NCBI GenBank assembly: GCA_964492195.1 | Contig: CAZBJL010000002.1 | Location: 25,472-89,471 of the forward strand | Direction: 5' to 3' | DNA length: 64,000 bases | From: an uncultured Candidatus Saccharibacteria bacterium | GTDB lineage: Bacteria > Patescibacteriota > Minisyncoccia > Phycocordibacterales > DATGWK01 | The notes under the pieces: model-generated | Told to the model about the DNA's origin: nothing | The model's input: the letters and a program-made list of their open reading frames with translations, nothing else | Database searches by the model: none | Made by a program: the position numbers and the translations under genes | In this document: positions 44,366 to 54,611 of the stretch, piece after piece | Position numbering within the stretch: the first letter of the stretch is position 1 | Layout of the letters: every line of letters begins with the position of its first letter

Positions 44366-45157
44366 TTGCGTATAAATTGTTATGAGATGGAATTAGACGG
44401 CCCTATTTTAGACAAAATTAAAATCTCTTTTTCAGATAACGTGGATTTTTCGGAGTATCCATTTTCTCTGGACATCGTTAGAAATTTGAAAGATATCGTT
44501 TTTTCGTCACAAGTTACTTTTTTTATTGGTGAAAACGGAACGGGTAAATCAACCATTTTGGAAGCAATAGCGAGTAAGTCGGGATTTGGCAGAGAAGGAG
44601 GAAGTAAGAACATAAATTTTAACACCGCAGATAATTCCTTTTATTCCGAAATTCAAAAGTTGTCGGATTGCATGACGTTGTCCTGGAGGAAGAAAACAAA
44701 AGACGGGTATTTTTTTAGAGCAGAAAGTTTTTTTAATCTCGCAAATCACATCGATCATCTTGAGAAAGAAGGAGGTCAGCGCGCCGGGGTCGCATATTCT
44801 CCCTATGGTGGGAAGTCGTTACATAAACAATCTCACGGCGAGAGTTTTTTCTCTTTTTTCAAAAATAGGTTAGGTGGCGGAGGGTTTTATATTCTTGATG
44901 AACCAGAAGCAGCTCTTTCTCCGCAACGTCAACTTGCTCTACTGATCATAATAAATGATTTGTGTAAAAATCCTGAAACACAATTTCTTATAGCTACTCA
45001 TTCTCCGATATTGCTTGCGTTTCCGAATTCAACTATTTATTCATGTGATGGAAGTGCATTAGAGAAAATCGACTATAAAAAAACTGATCATTACGAAATA
45101 ACCAAAGGGTTTCTCAATAATCCGGAGCAATACTTAAAACGTTTATTGCGGGATTAG
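44366..45157 (+). CDS. AAA/ABC-type ATPase (AAA_21-like), orphan
   Basis: Walker A GENGTGKSTIL, Walker B FYILDEPEAALS, H-loop LIATHSP; 263 aa; no nuclease partner in cis. Confidence 0.6.
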   Translation: MRINCYEMELDGPILDKIKISFSDNVDFSEYPFSLDIVRNLKDIVFSSQVTFFIGENGTGKSTILEAIASKSGFGREGGSKNINFNTADNSFYSEIQKLSDCMTLSWRKKTKDGYFFRAESFFNLANHIDHLEKEGGQRAGVAYSPYGGKSLHKQSHGESFFSFFKNRLGGGGFYILDEPEAALSPQRQLALLIIINDLCKNPETQFLIATHSPILLAFPNSTIYSCDGSALEKIDYKKTDHYEITKGFLNNPEQYLKRLLRD

Positions 45158-45164
45158 AGTATTT

Positions 45165-45206
45165 CAGGATAATTAAAACAACCAAACTTTAACGTTTGGT
45201 TGTTTT
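45165..45206. repeat. perfect 17-bp-arm palindrome
   Basis: aattaaaacaaccaaac-tttaac-gtttggttgttttaatt between the ATPase gene and tRNA-Val. Confidence 0.45.
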
Positions 45207-45213
45207 AATTAAT

Positions 45214-45286
45214 GTGCGGGCTGAGGGACTTGAACCCCCGACCTTCTCAGTGTAAATGAGTTGCTCTACCAACTGAGCTAAGCCCG
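45214..45286 (-). tRNA. tRNA-Val (anticodon TAC)
   Basis: Hand-folded: acceptor GCGGGCT/AGCCCGC, D arm GCTCAGTTGGTAGAGC, anticodon loop TTTACAC, T arm GGGGGTTCAAGTCCCTC. Confidence 0.7.
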
Positions 45287-45339
45287 CATGACGTACCTTC
45301 GATTTTCAAGAAAGCTGATTACCACTGTCTAGTTCAACG

Positions 45340-45367
45340 ACCTACCAAGACAGCTAAGCCCACATTC
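45340..45367 (-). pseudogene. partial tRNA-Val-like copy (5' acceptor + D-arm-like)
   Basis: cctaccaagacagctaagcccacat versus tRNA-Val ctaccaactgagctaagcccgcat; shares ctaccaaRacagcta core with the tRNA-Lys-adjacent fragment. Confidence 0.35.
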
Positions 45368-45453
45368 TTTTAGTCCGCATTGTGTTGCGGTCCTGTGAGA
45401 ATACTAGACAAAGCCGATTTTTTCAACTGGAGCAGGCGTGCTAGTATCAAAAA

Positions 45454-46173
45454 ATGAAAATCCTGGTTCTCTATGAAGACGACAATTACATAATTTTCAA
45501 CAAACCGGCTGGATTGGTCGTGCATGCTGACGGACGAACAACTGAACCCACGCTTGTGGATTGGCTTATGGAAAATCGCCCAGAAATGAAAGATGTAGGC
45601 GAACCAATACTCCTTAAAACAGGGGAGACAATCGTGCGTCCTGGCATTGTTCACCGTCTCGACAAAGATACCTCTGGTGCAATCGTTGTTGCAAAAAATC
45701 CTGCTGCGTTTGCTGACCTCAAAAAGAAATTCCAAGACAGAGAAGTCGAAAAAAAATATCACGCATTTGTGTACGGAAATGTAAAAGAAGACGATGGAAT
45801 TATTGATCGACCAATCGGCCGGAGCAAAAGCGACTTCCGAATGTGGTCTGCCCAGCGTGGCGCCCGTGGCGAAATGAGGGAAGCGATCACTCATTACAAA
45901 GTGATTACTCGGAGCGAACAGGCAGCACTTGTAGAAATTGAATTAAAAACTGGCCGAACACATCAGATCCGTGTCCATTTTAAGGCAATTCATCATCCAG
46001 TCGTTGCAGATACTCTGTACGCACCAAACCAAGCTCCACTTTTTGGCTTTGAACGTCAGGCGCTCCATGCGTTTTCGATCTCTTTTACAGGAATTGATGG
46101 TAAAAAAATCTCGGCAGAGGCTCCGTACCCGACGGACTTTAAAAAGGCTGTAAAGCTCATTCAAAACGACTAA
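45454..46173 (+). CDS. RluA-family pseudouridine synthase
   Basis: Catalytic motif HRLDKDTSGAIVVAKN and downstream R.HQIRVH. Confidence 0.8.
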   Translation: MKILVLYEDDNYIIFNKPAGLVVHADGRTTEPTLVDWLMENRPEMKDVGEPILLKTGETIVRPGIVHRLDKDTSGAIVVAKNPAAFADLKKKFQDREVEKKYHAFVYGNVKEDDGIIDRPIGRSKSDFRMWSAQRGARGEMREAITHYKVITRSEQAALVEIELKTGRTHQIRVHFKAIHHPVVADTLYAPNQAPLFGFERQALHAFSISFTGIDGKKISAEAPYPTDFKKAVKLIQND

Positions 46174-46215
46174 GATTTGCCCTCAAGTGGCTATCATGTT
46201 ACATTATTGACCTAT

Positions 46216-46638
46216 ATGAATCCGACGGAAATCAAATTTTCAACAGTCAATATGGCCGAGCGAAAGAAGCTCGGTATTCGTTCTGGAGACACCGTGAAGG
46301 TCTGGCAGAAAATCCAGGAGAAAGACAAGACTCGCGTTCAGGCTTTTGACGGCCTTGTTCTTGCGGTAAAGCACGGTCTTGAAGCTGGTTCTACTTTCAC
46401 TGTTCGTAAAGTTGCGAGCGGTGTTGGTGTTGAGAAAATTTTTCCTCTCTATTCTCCTATGATCGACAAGATCGAAATCGTAAAACGTTCAAAAGTTCGC
46501 CGTGCAAAGCTCTACCACGTTCGTGACAAAGCCGCTAAAGAAGTTCGCCGCCAAATGCGCCATACTCGCGCAGAAAAGGGTGGTGATGTTTCTGCTGAAG
46601 AAGCTCCTGTTGAGAAAACAGAAGTCGAAGCAAAATAA
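46216..46638 (+). CDS. rplS: 50S ribosomal protein L19 with C-terminal basic/acidic extension
   Basis: GDTVKVWQKIQEKDKTRVQAFDGLVLAVKHGLEAGSTFTVRKVASGVGVEKIFPLYSP matches L19. Confidence 0.85.
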   Translation: MNPTEIKFSTVNMAERKKLGIRSGDTVKVWQKIQEKDKTRVQAFDGLVLAVKHGLEAGSTFTVRKVASGVGVEKIFPLYSPMIDKIEIVKRSKVRRAKLYHVRDKAAKEVRRQMRHTRAEKGGDVSAEEAPVEKTEVEAK

Positions 46639-46702
46639 GTAAATTAGGCGAGGTCTCTGCCTTGCTTGTGTAAGCTCTCGTTTTTACATATCATTTGTCT
46701 AC

Positions 46703-46785
46703 GCGCAGGTGGCGAAATTGGTAGACGCACTACCTTGAGGTGGTAACGCCCATCGGGCATGGAGGTTCAAGTCCTCTCCTGCGCA
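46703..46785 (+). tRNA. tRNA-Leu (anticodon GAG)
   Basis: 83 nt, acceptor GCGCAGG/CCTGCGC, anticodon loop TTGAGGT, long variable arm, T arm GGAGGTTCAAGTCCTCT. Confidence 0.75.
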
Positions 46786-46797
46786 CTGGTTTTTTAT

Positions 46798-46869
46798 GGT
46801 GGCTATAGTTTAGTGGTAAAACCCAAGTTTGTGGAACTTGAGTCGAGGGTTCGATTCCCTCTAGTCACC
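46798..46869 (+). tRNA. tRNA-His (anticodon GTG) with encoded G-1
   Basis: G-1 + GTGGCTA acceptor pairing TAGTCAC with C73 discriminator; anticodon stem CAAGT/ACTTG loop TTGTGGA; T arm GAGGGTTCGATTCCCTC. Confidence 0.8.
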
Positions 46870-46951
46870 CTAGTTGGGATTTTCTTAAAATAGCTTTATT
46901 TGGTAAGGGCTTTTTAGTTCTAGCCGCTTCATATACAAGATTGATTTATTA

Positions 46952-47632
46952 TTGTACCCTTGTCTTATCATGAAAAACTTACAAAGAGGATTTATTGTCC
47001 CACTTTTAATAGTTATTGCTGTTTTGGTGATTGGTGGAGGAATTTATTTTTATTCAAAAAATAAGGCCAAAGATATCACCATTGATACACAAAATTGGAA
47101 AATCTATACAAACACAAAGTATGGATTTAGTTTTAAATATCCTGAGACTTGGTTTATACGAGAGACGCCAGACAAAACAAATGTAGATTTCTCCAAATCC
47201 GAACTGACAGCAAACGACCCACAGGGAGCGACAAAGGTTTTTGCAAAATTTTACATAAGTACCCCTCTGTATTCAAATAAAGAAGGATCTGCGCCGACAT
47301 ACTTTACTGCACAGGGATACTTTAAATCGTATTATCCAGAACCTGATCCTTTTTCATTCAGTCCAGAGAATAAGATAGTAAGGGGATGGGACAACATATC
47401 AGGCATTCCAGTGTTTCATCATTGGGTTGCCAGCGATTCACATTTTCCATTTGATAACAGATATATGTTTTTTACGGATAATACTCTGTACGATTTTGTT
47501 TTGTATGCTGGAACTAGTCATCAACCTACTACGTATGAGCAGAGTGATGATGCGCTCATCAAGGAAATTATCGGTACTTTTTCCTTGAACGATAAGACAA
47601 AAGCATTTGTTAGGGCTGACCAATCAAACTAA
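46952..47632 (+). CDS. hypothetical membrane-anchored protein
   Basis: N-terminal TM (IVPLLIVIAVLVIGGGIYFY), beta-rich body; true start may be 46970. Confidence 0.4.
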   Translation: MYPCLIMKNLQRGFIVPLLIVIAVLVIGGGIYFYSKNKAKDITIDTQNWKIYTNTKYGFSFKYPETWFIRETPDKTNVDFSKSELTANDPQGATKVFAKFYISTPLYSNKEGSAPTYFTAQGYFKSYYPEPDPFSFSPENKIVRGWDNISGIPVFHHWVASDSHFPFDNRYMFFTDNTLYDFVLYAGTSHQPTTYEQSDDALIKEIIGTFSLNDKTKAFVRADQSN

Positions 47633-47711
47633 AACGTCTTAAGAGTTGGAATATAAATCGTCGCATCATTCCTCCTCTCAAACCCAGTTCTAACGTCCTC
47701 TAGTCACACCA

Positions 47712-48329
47712 ATGAAGAAAACACAAAAAATTTTTATTGTATTCTCGGTAGCCATTGTCCTTATTGGCGTGGTCGGGTGCTTTTCCTTTATCTCCTTTAT
47801 CGGAAAATCAAAAAACAATGATGTGGTAGCATCGTGGAAGTCGTACACATACGGTTCAAAAGAATCTGGAATTTTGCCTGATATAACCTTTAAACTCCCT
47901 TCTTCAACATTTGGGGGTGATCCATTTATCTCCTCTCGAAGCACAAATCGTCCTGAAAATATTTCCCAAGATTGGGGAGGATTTATTGGATTCGGCCCTG
48001 ATGGAGATATTAGCGACGATGTGTTACGTATAGAATTCTTTAAACGACAAAATTCTGAAAATACTTTTGAAAGTTATGTTTCGAAGTCGTCTTCGGGTGG
48101 TTGGGATTCAATAAAATATTTTGAAGTAGATGGTCGTAATGCTGCTCGTGTGAGGTTTTTATCTCCATCACATCGTGACGCTGATATAGGCTGGTATTTT
48201 ATAGAACTGTCTGATAAAAGCATCCTAGCAATCTCAACAGGTGGTGATAAAAAACTTTTATACGATGATGATCGAAATGGTAATTCCACAAGAGATAGAA
48301 TTATCTCCACGATTGTTATCAGTCACTGA
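47712..48329 (+). CDS. hypothetical membrane-anchored protein
   Basis: N-terminal TM, no motif. Confidence 0.4.
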   Translation: MKKTQKIFIVFSVAIVLIGVVGCFSFISFIGKSKNNDVVASWKSYTYGSKESGILPDITFKLPSSTFGGDPFISSRSTNRPENISQDWGGFIGFGPDGDISDDVLRIEFFKRQNSENTFESYVSKSSSGGWDSIKYFEVDGRNAARVRFLSPSHRDADIGWYFIELSDKSILAISTGGDKKLLYDDDRNGNSTRDRIISTIVISH

Positions 48330-48502
48330 TATGAAACAATTGAATCAAGGTTCTAAACCCATCTAACCACCGACCCATGTTAAAATAGTTTACTTGTGCC
48401 TACCAAAGAACGTTCCTGCGGGCGACCGTACGTAAATTATTTCGGTAGAGGATTCGAGAACTCTTATAACATTAATCTGTTATTCATCTAATAAATAAAA
48501 AT

Positions 48503-49120
48503 ATGCAAACAAAATCAGTTGTAATTGGTTTGGTGGCAGGGCTGGTTCTAGGTTTACTGGTTTATCCTACGGTTTTTCAAGGTAGAGGAATGATGAATGG
48601 CAGATTTTCGTCAAATGGCACGAACAACCAAATGATGGGCAATATCGATCGTCATTTTATTGAGCAAATGATTCCACACCATGAAGGGGCGATCGAAATG
48701 GCAAAACTTGCGTTAGAAAAATCAAAACGTCCAGAAATGATTTCTCTTGCGAAGGGAATTATCGAGGCTCAACAGCGTGAAATTACGGACATGAAGAAGT
48801 GGTATAAGGATTGGTTCGGTGCAGACGTGCCTGTGACAAGTCAGCACATGATGGGCGGTAACATAATGAGTGGCAGTAACTCGCACATGAGTAGCATGAG
48901 TGGAGACCTCGACAATCTCAAGGCCGCAAAAGATTTTGACCTAGAGTTTATCAACCAAATGATTCCACATCACGAAATGGCAGTAATGATGGCAACGATG
49001 CTTAAGGGTTCAACCGATCGACCTGAAATGAAAGAACTGGCTGATAATATTATTTCATCTCAAACCAGTGAAGTTGAGATGATGCGTTCTTGGGCGAAGG
49101 TCTGGAGTAAGCAGTTATAA
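48503..49120 (+). CDS. DUF305-family protein
   Basis: Duplicated FIEQMIPHHEGAIEMA / FINQMIPHHEMAVMMA motif typical of DUF305; N-terminal TM/signal. Confidence 0.6.
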   Translation: MQTKSVVIGLVAGLVLGLLVYPTVFQGRGMMNGRFSSNGTNNQMMGNIDRHFIEQMIPHHEGAIEMAKLALEKSKRPEMISLAKGIIEAQQREITDMKKWYKDWFGADVPVTSQHMMGGNIMSGSNSHMSSMSGDLDNLKAAKDFDLEFINQMIPHHEMAVMMATMLKGSTDRPEMKELADNIISSQTSEVEMMRSWAKVWSKQL

Positions 49121-49183
49121 TAGTTCGCAACTTATCCACCTAGGCGCAAGATTTTTGAAATTGCCATTGTTACAATTATTGGT

Positions 49184-49546
49184 ATGACAAACGATAAAAA
49201 AATAGAGTGGATTTTGAGGATTGGTGTTGCGGGGGAGTTCTTGGGTCATGGCGTTTTCGCTTTACAAGGTAAGGCAGATTGGATTACCTGGACAGAGAAA
49301 TTGACTGGCATGGGTCACTCTGCCGCCGCAACCTTTATCTTAGTCGTCGGGATTGTTGATGTTCTCCTAGCTTTGTTAGTTTTAGTAAAACCAATGCGTC
49401 CGCTGTTGCTTTGGATGGCATTTTGGGGTTTGTGGACCGCGCTCGTACGTCCACTTGTTGGTTTGCCTGTATGGGATTTTATTGAGAGACTTGCAAATTG
49501 TGCCGCTCCTCTTGCTCTATTTTACTTTTATAAATCTAAAAAATAA
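49184..49546 (+). CDS. small 4-TM membrane protein, hypothetical
   Basis: Hydrophobicity pattern only. Confidence 0.4.
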   Translation: MTNDKKIEWILRIGVAGEFLGHGVFALQGKADWITWTEKLTGMGHSAAATFILVVGIVDVLLALLVLVKPMRPLLLWMAFWGLWTALVRPLVGLPVWDFIERLANCAAPLALFYFYKSKK

Positions 49547-49657
49547 AAGCAGGAATGTAGATGGTTGCGTCGTTTTTCTGCTCAAATTTAGTCCTAACTA
49601 AGTGCTTCGCCTTATCCACGACGGCATCCCAAGGAGAGAATGTGATATTCTCAGAGC

Positions 49658-50746
49658 GTGCGTTCTCATTTTAAAAAAGTAAAAAATTGGATTGGTAGGC
49701 ATGAACGTAAACTTGCCTCGCTCGCTCTTTTTTTGGGCTTTATTCTTGACGCTTTAACATTGCGTCGCATTGATAACCTCTACGAGAACGCGGTCTTTGC
49801 CTTTTATTTTCTTATTGTTGGATTTTCTATTTTTGCCATAAATTATATTGAAGCTGGGAAATACGAGAGGGAATGGGTGGGTCGAACACATCCTTTCTTA
49901 CTCCTTCTTACGCAGTTTGCCTTCGGTGGTCTTTTCAGTGCTTTTTCAGTTTTTTATTTTCGCAGCGGGTCTCTGTTGTCGAGCTGGCCGTTCATCTTGA
50001 TTCTTTTCGCATTGCTTGTCGGAAACGACCACCTTCGTAAACAGTATGAACGTTTAATTTTTCAAATTTCGCTCCTGTTCGTCTCGGTGTTCTTTTTTGC
50101 AATCTTTGCGGTACCTGTGGTGTTAAATCGTATGGGCCCAATTATTTTTGTCATGAGTGGAGTCATTGCGCTCGCTTTCGTTATTGTCTTTGTGTATGTG
50201 CTCGGCCGTTTTGTGCCGGAGCGAGTTATGCAAAGCAAACGTTCGCTTATGTATTCTGTTAGTTTTATTTTTCTATTTATCAATGTACTTTATTTCACCA
50301 ATCTCATTCCACCGATCCCACTTTCTTTGAAAAATGTCGGTGTCTATCACTCTATTCAATACACCGGGAGTAAATATATTGTTGAAGAAGAGCAGACGGC
50401 TGGCCTTCTGGCTTTGCGGATTTTCAAAAACATACATATTAAAAAAGGTGAGCCCGTGTATGTATACAGCGCGGTTTTTGCACCGGACAACATCAGTACT
50501 ACCGTGGTTCACAATTGGCGATATTTTGATTCTAAAACAGATAGTTGGATTTCGGTGAGTCGGATTCCTTACACAGTCATCGGTGGTGTGGATCGAGGGT
50601 ATCGCGGGTACACCAAGAAGTCGAACCTTGCAGAAGGTCTGTGGAGGGTCAATATTGAAACTAGCCGTGGTCAGGTCCTCGGTCGAGTGACCTTTGAAGT
50701 GGTTTACGACACCTCGTCTCCTCAACTTGTGGAGAAGGTTATATAG
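49658..50746 (+). CDS. polytopic membrane protein with C-terminal beta-rich extracytoplasmic domain, hypothetical
   Basis: About 7 TM helices in first 230 aa. Confidence 0.45.
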   Translation: MRSHFKKVKNWIGRHERKLASLALFLGFILDALTLRRIDNLYENAVFAFYFLIVGFSIFAINYIEAGKYEREWVGRTHPFLLLLTQFAFGGLFSAFSVFYFRSGSLLSSWPFILILFALLVGNDHLRKQYERLIFQISLLFVSVFFFAIFAVPVVLNRMGPIIFVMSGVIALAFVIVFVYVLGRFVPERVMQSKRSLMYSVSFIFLFINVLYFTNLIPPIPLSLKNVGVYHSIQYTGSKYIVEEEQTAGLLALRIFKNIHIKKGEPVYVYSAVFAPDNISTTVVHNWRYFDSKTDSWISVSRIPYTVIGGVDRGYRGYTKKSNLAEGLWRVNIETSRGQVLGRVTFEVVYDTSSPQLVEKVI

Positions 50747-50791
50747 ATTGATTCTCACATTCTTCACCTTGGACGCACGAGATGATTGATT

Positions 50792-51184
50792 TTATTCCGT
50801 TGTTTCTCCGTCAAAATGTTCTTTGTCGGCTTCTGCTTCAGCTTTTGTTTTGTGAATTACGCCGTCACGGTGATGGGGTGGCATGTAGAGAGTATAAAGT
50901 TTCATCGGGGCGGAATCTGAGTTACGTATGTTGTGTGTGGCGCCGGCAGGAACAAGGATAACGCTCCCGTCAGAAATATCATGAGAGTTGCCATCAAGAA
51001 TCGCTTTGCCGACACCCTTTTCAACACGCAAGAATTGATCCACGTCGTGGACTTCTTCACCAATTTCTTCTCCTGGAAGAAGTGACATCAAAACGAGCTG
51101 ACTATTTTTGTCCGTGTAAAGAACCTCTCTGAAATTGTTGTTTTCCAGAGAAAGCGTTTCGATGTTTGAGACGTAGCCTTTCAT
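50792..51184 (-). CDS. cupin-domain protein
   Basis: Cupin motifs G(X)5HXH-like (GEEIGEEVHDVDQ) and G.....PAGATHNIRN. Confidence 0.55.
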   Translation of the reverse strand: MKGYVSNIETLSLENNNFREVLYTDKNSQLVLMSLLPGEEIGEEVHDVDQFLRVEKGVGKAILDGNSHDISDGSVILVPAGATHNIRNSDSAPMKLYTLYMPPHHRDGVIHKTKAEAEADKEHFDGETTE

Positions 51185-51304
51185 GAAATCTATAATATCA
51201 CATTAGTTAATTAGCGACTTCATGATAAGGGGTGGAAGATAGTTTTTACCTTGCGCACAAAATATAGATAACCGATAATTAAATTACGTTTCACGTAGTT
51301 TTTT

Positions 51305-51916
51305 ATGCTTACTAAAAATAATTCTTTTCGATTAGTAAAAGGAGATTCTTTGAAAGAAAAGGAAAAAATTCCTACCGCGGTTATTTCTTCGTCGACTGAG
51401 AAAAAACATGTTCCAGATGAAAATAAAAGAATTTTTCTAAAAGCGCTTGGTGTTGCAGGAGTTGGAATTGCTGCATCTCAACTTTTACCAAGGAAAGCAG
51501 AAGCACTTGTGATGGGTAGTACGCCTTCGTCGAGTGTCGTTGGTCTCAAAAATGCAAGCAATACTCGGATCAATCCTGCGACCGAAGAAACCCTCGTCTC
51601 ACTATTGTCAGGTCAGAGTGTTGAAAAATTGTCCATCAACTTGTCTGCGTCGGGTAACGTGTTGGTGCCTGGGTCAGGTAATAAAATTAGAGTGTACGCT
51701 TCGAGATTTTCATTAACTGCAGACGCAACGTCAGTTTCATTTCGTTTTACTGCTGGTGGAACTGATCATGAAAAATATGTAACACCAAAAACCGGTGGAC
51801 TCTATGGTGCAAATAATCACCCCAACTATATTGAAGGGGGAGTGGACGAAGTTTTGTATTGTGTAATTTCTGGCACAACAACAGTGCAAATTAATGTTGA
51901 TTATTTAGAAGTTTAA
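51305..51916 (+). CDS. secreted hypothetical protein with Tat-like (KR-FLK) signal
   Basis: NKRIFLKALGVAGVGIAASQLLPRKAEA resembles an RR-x-FLK twin-arginine signal with KR variant. Confidence 0.4.
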   Translation: MLTKNNSFRLVKGDSLKEKEKIPTAVISSSTEKKHVPDENKRIFLKALGVAGVGIAASQLLPRKAEALVMGSTPSSSVVGLKNASNTRINPATEETLVSLLSGQSVEKLSINLSASGNVLVPGSGNKIRVYASRFSLTADATSVSFRFTAGGTDHEKYVTPKTGGLYGANNHPNYIEGGVDEVLYCVISGTTTVQINVDYLEV

Positions 51917-51941
51917 TTTTTTTGTACCTTATACTATAGTC

Positions 51942-54608
51942 ATGGCAAAGCGCGCAATTGAACATATTTTTACAGGAGCAACGGTACCGTACGAAAATTA
52001 CGATGCTGATAAAACGATGTTGGGAGATTTGATCGAGCAGTACACCGGTGCTCTTGCGACAGACAATTTTGCTGGACCTGCAAAAATTGGCGTCGCTCGT
52101 CCTTTCGAAACAGGAACATCGATCCCGGGAATCTTTCCACATGTTATTTCGTGGGGAAACAAAGAGGGCTTTTATTCTACTGGCACAGTTTCAGTTGCGG
52201 CCACAGCGGTTACCGGATCGGGGACTGGTTGGCTTGCCAACGGAGTTCCGATTGGTGCCCGTATCGGCTTCGGTTCAACAGATCCCGCTAGCATAACTAC
52301 CTGGTATACGATAACGGCAGTAGCTTCAGCTACGGCTCTAACAATAGGTAGTTCTGCGGGGACGATCGCCGGAGGTACCGCTTTTGTTATAAATAAGGAA
52401 ATTAAAAAAGACTGGGTATTTTTGGCTGACGGTATCGCTGCATCTGCAATTCGTCGCATTACATGTTTTGAATACGACAGACTCACATCGCTTTTTTCGT
52501 GGAGAGGTTTCATCACTATCACATACGCTGCCGGTGGAGGTAACCAAACGATTCGTGGAATGCGAGCGGTGTATGAGACGTACACTACAGGAACAATAGG
52601 TGTTTCAGGTGCCACGGTTACTGGTTCCAGCACAACGTGGTCAGCAGATCGAATTGCTATTGGTTCACGTATTGGTTTCGGTAGCACGGATCCAACACAA
52701 ATATCTACGTGGTACTACATCAACGCTGTTGGTTCTGATACCTCTATTACTATTCAAACAAACATAACCGCGAGCGGTACTGGTGGAACCGCGGCAAATA
52801 TTTCAGTATCGTCGAGTACCGCCTATGTCATTGAGGATTTGAAAATTTTAACTGCCACTACCACTGCTACGAATATAAACGCAGGTGGTCTTACAATGGT
52901 GAACGGTCTTTCGTATGACGATTTTGCTGTTGGAGGTACTACCATTGCTGCGGCAACAACGGTGGATAAAACAAAAGCCGCATATTCTCTTGTTGATCTC
53001 GATTCGGTGTATTCAACGGGAACAATAAACACAGTTACCAATTCAACAACAGTTACCGGTTCTGGAACAACGTGGGTGTCAGCCTCTCACGTGGGTTGTA
53101 TGATCGGTTTTGGTTCAACAAGTCCCGCCTCGATTACAGAATGGTTCACTATTACTGCGTTTACGTCGGGTACCTCCATAACTATTTCCTCCGCCACCAC
53201 TGTCACCAACGGTTCAGCGTATGTGATCGTTGGTGGAAACGGTATATCCTGCGGTTTGGCGATGGATGATCGTGATAGTTGGACACAACAATATGCATAC
53301 ATCATTGAGCTTCAGGGAGGAACGACACCACAGGTGTATAAATATAATTTCCGAGTGAACCTCAGTACCCTCGGAAACGTAGAAGCGGGAAAAGCTGCAG
53401 CTGCGTGGGTGCTCACAACCGGTACCCAGACGCTTACTGGAACCGTGACACAAACAAATAATGGGCGAATTGGAACGCTCGCTCATGGTCCTGGTTCTGG
53501 TACGAAGTGTTTGTATTTCGCAGCAACAACAAGGATTCATCGTGCTCCACTCGCTAGTATCACCCAAGGAAGTATTACGTGGGTCGCGGATTCGATGACA
53601 GAAGTACCAACAGGAGGATCGGGAACGTATACCTTAACGAGCTTGATGACATCAGTAGAAATTGCCGATCAGATCGATCGACTTATTATTACTTCAACAG
53701 GAGCAGGCGCGACCGTTGCCCATCATCGTGCCTACATTACAAAATACGACGCCTCTGGTTCGTACCAATTTGACCATATGTTTTTGGCAGATACTGCACA
53801 ACAAGACCAATCTACTGCAGACTCGACCTCTACACCCCACCCGAGTTACCAGGGAGCCGCTTTGTCTGTGTGGTCACAGGCTGGTCTTGTATATATTGTT
53901 CGTACCGGACTTACAGCAACGACGAATATTATGTACGCTGTTCCGCTCGGTGCTGATTGGCAGTACGCGGATGGTACGGTAAATCAAAGACTCATCACAC
54001 CTTCACTTCCTACAACAAATGCAGAAAAACTATCCAGGGTGTTTGTAAATAATGCTGATTATCTTGGATCAGGTGGACTTACGTTGCCGACAGAACCTTT
54101 AAGAATTTATTATCGAACAGCGGATATTACTGATGATTCTGGTTCCTGGACACTCGTAGACACTACAGGAGATTTGTCTGCTGCGAACGTCACGACCGAG
54201 ATACAGTTTGCAATAGAATTTCGAATGATCGGAGCATTGTGTATTCCAAACCGTGTCTACAATCTTTGCTGCACGTACGAAGACAACACAACTGATAGTC
54301 ACTATCAGCCGTCTGTGGGCCAGTCATCTACAACTGGAAAGATTTTTGCATGGAGATTTTCAACTGCATTCGGTGGTACAGTACCGACATTGCGTATCAG
54401 GCTCTACAATGCTGAAACAGATGCGGAATTGCTCGATGACACAACAACGGCTTCTGCTGATGGAACGTGGGGAAAATCAACAAACGATGGGGCAGGGTGG
54501 GGTTTATACGACGCAACGGACAAGGGAAATGAAACGACGTACATTCGGTATACCCCAACGGTCCTTGCTGACAATATAAAAGTAAGAGCGCTTCTCACTC
54601 AAGCATAA
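51942..54608 (+). CDS. large repeat protein (888 aa) with about 45-aa GSGT.W...IGFGST.P..IT.WYTI repeats
   Basis: At least 4 copies of the repeat in the N-terminal 450 aa; Thr/Ser/Gly-rich; no signal peptide seen. Confidence 0.5.
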   Translation: MAKRAIEHIFTGATVPYENYDADKTMLGDLIEQYTGALATDNFAGPAKIGVARPFETGTSIPGIFPHVISWGNKEGFYSTGTVSVAATAVTGSGTGWLANGVPIGARIGFGSTDPASITTWYTITAVASATALTIGSSAGTIAGGTAFVINKEIKKDWVFLADGIAASAIRRITCFEYDRLTSLFSWRGFITITYAAGGGNQTIRGMRAVYETYTTGTIGVSGATVTGSSTTWSADRIAIGSRIGFGSTDPTQISTWYYINAVGSDTSITIQTNITASGTGGTAANISVSSSTAYVIEDLKILTATTTATNINAGGLTMVNGLSYDDFAVGGTTIAAATTVDKTKAAYSLVDLDSVYSTGTINTVTNSTTVTGSGTTWVSASHVGCMIGFGSTSPASITEWFTITAFTSGTSITISSATTVTNGSAYVIVGGNGISCGLAMDDRDSWTQQYAYIIELQGGTTPQVYKYNFRVNLSTLGNVEAGKAAAAWVLTTGTQTLTGTVTQTNNGRIGTLAHGPGSGTKCLYFAATTRIHRAPLASITQGSITWVADSMTEVPTGGSGTYTLTSLMTSVEIADQIDRLIITSTGAGATVAHHRAYITKYDASGSYQFDHMFLADTAQQDQSTADSTSTPHPSYQGAALSVWSQAGLVYIVRTGLTATTNIMYAVPLGADWQYADGTVNQRLITPSLPTTNAEKLSRVFVNNADYLGSGGLTLPTEPLRIYYRTADITDDSGSWTLVDTTGDLSAANVTTEIQFAIEFRMIGALCIPNRVYNLCCTYEDNTTDSHYQPSVGQSSTTGKIFAWRFSTAFGGTVPTLRIRLYNAETDAELLDDTTTASADGTWGKSTNDGAGWGLYDATDKGNETTYIRYTPTVLADNIKVRALLTQA

Positions 54609-54611
54609 TTT

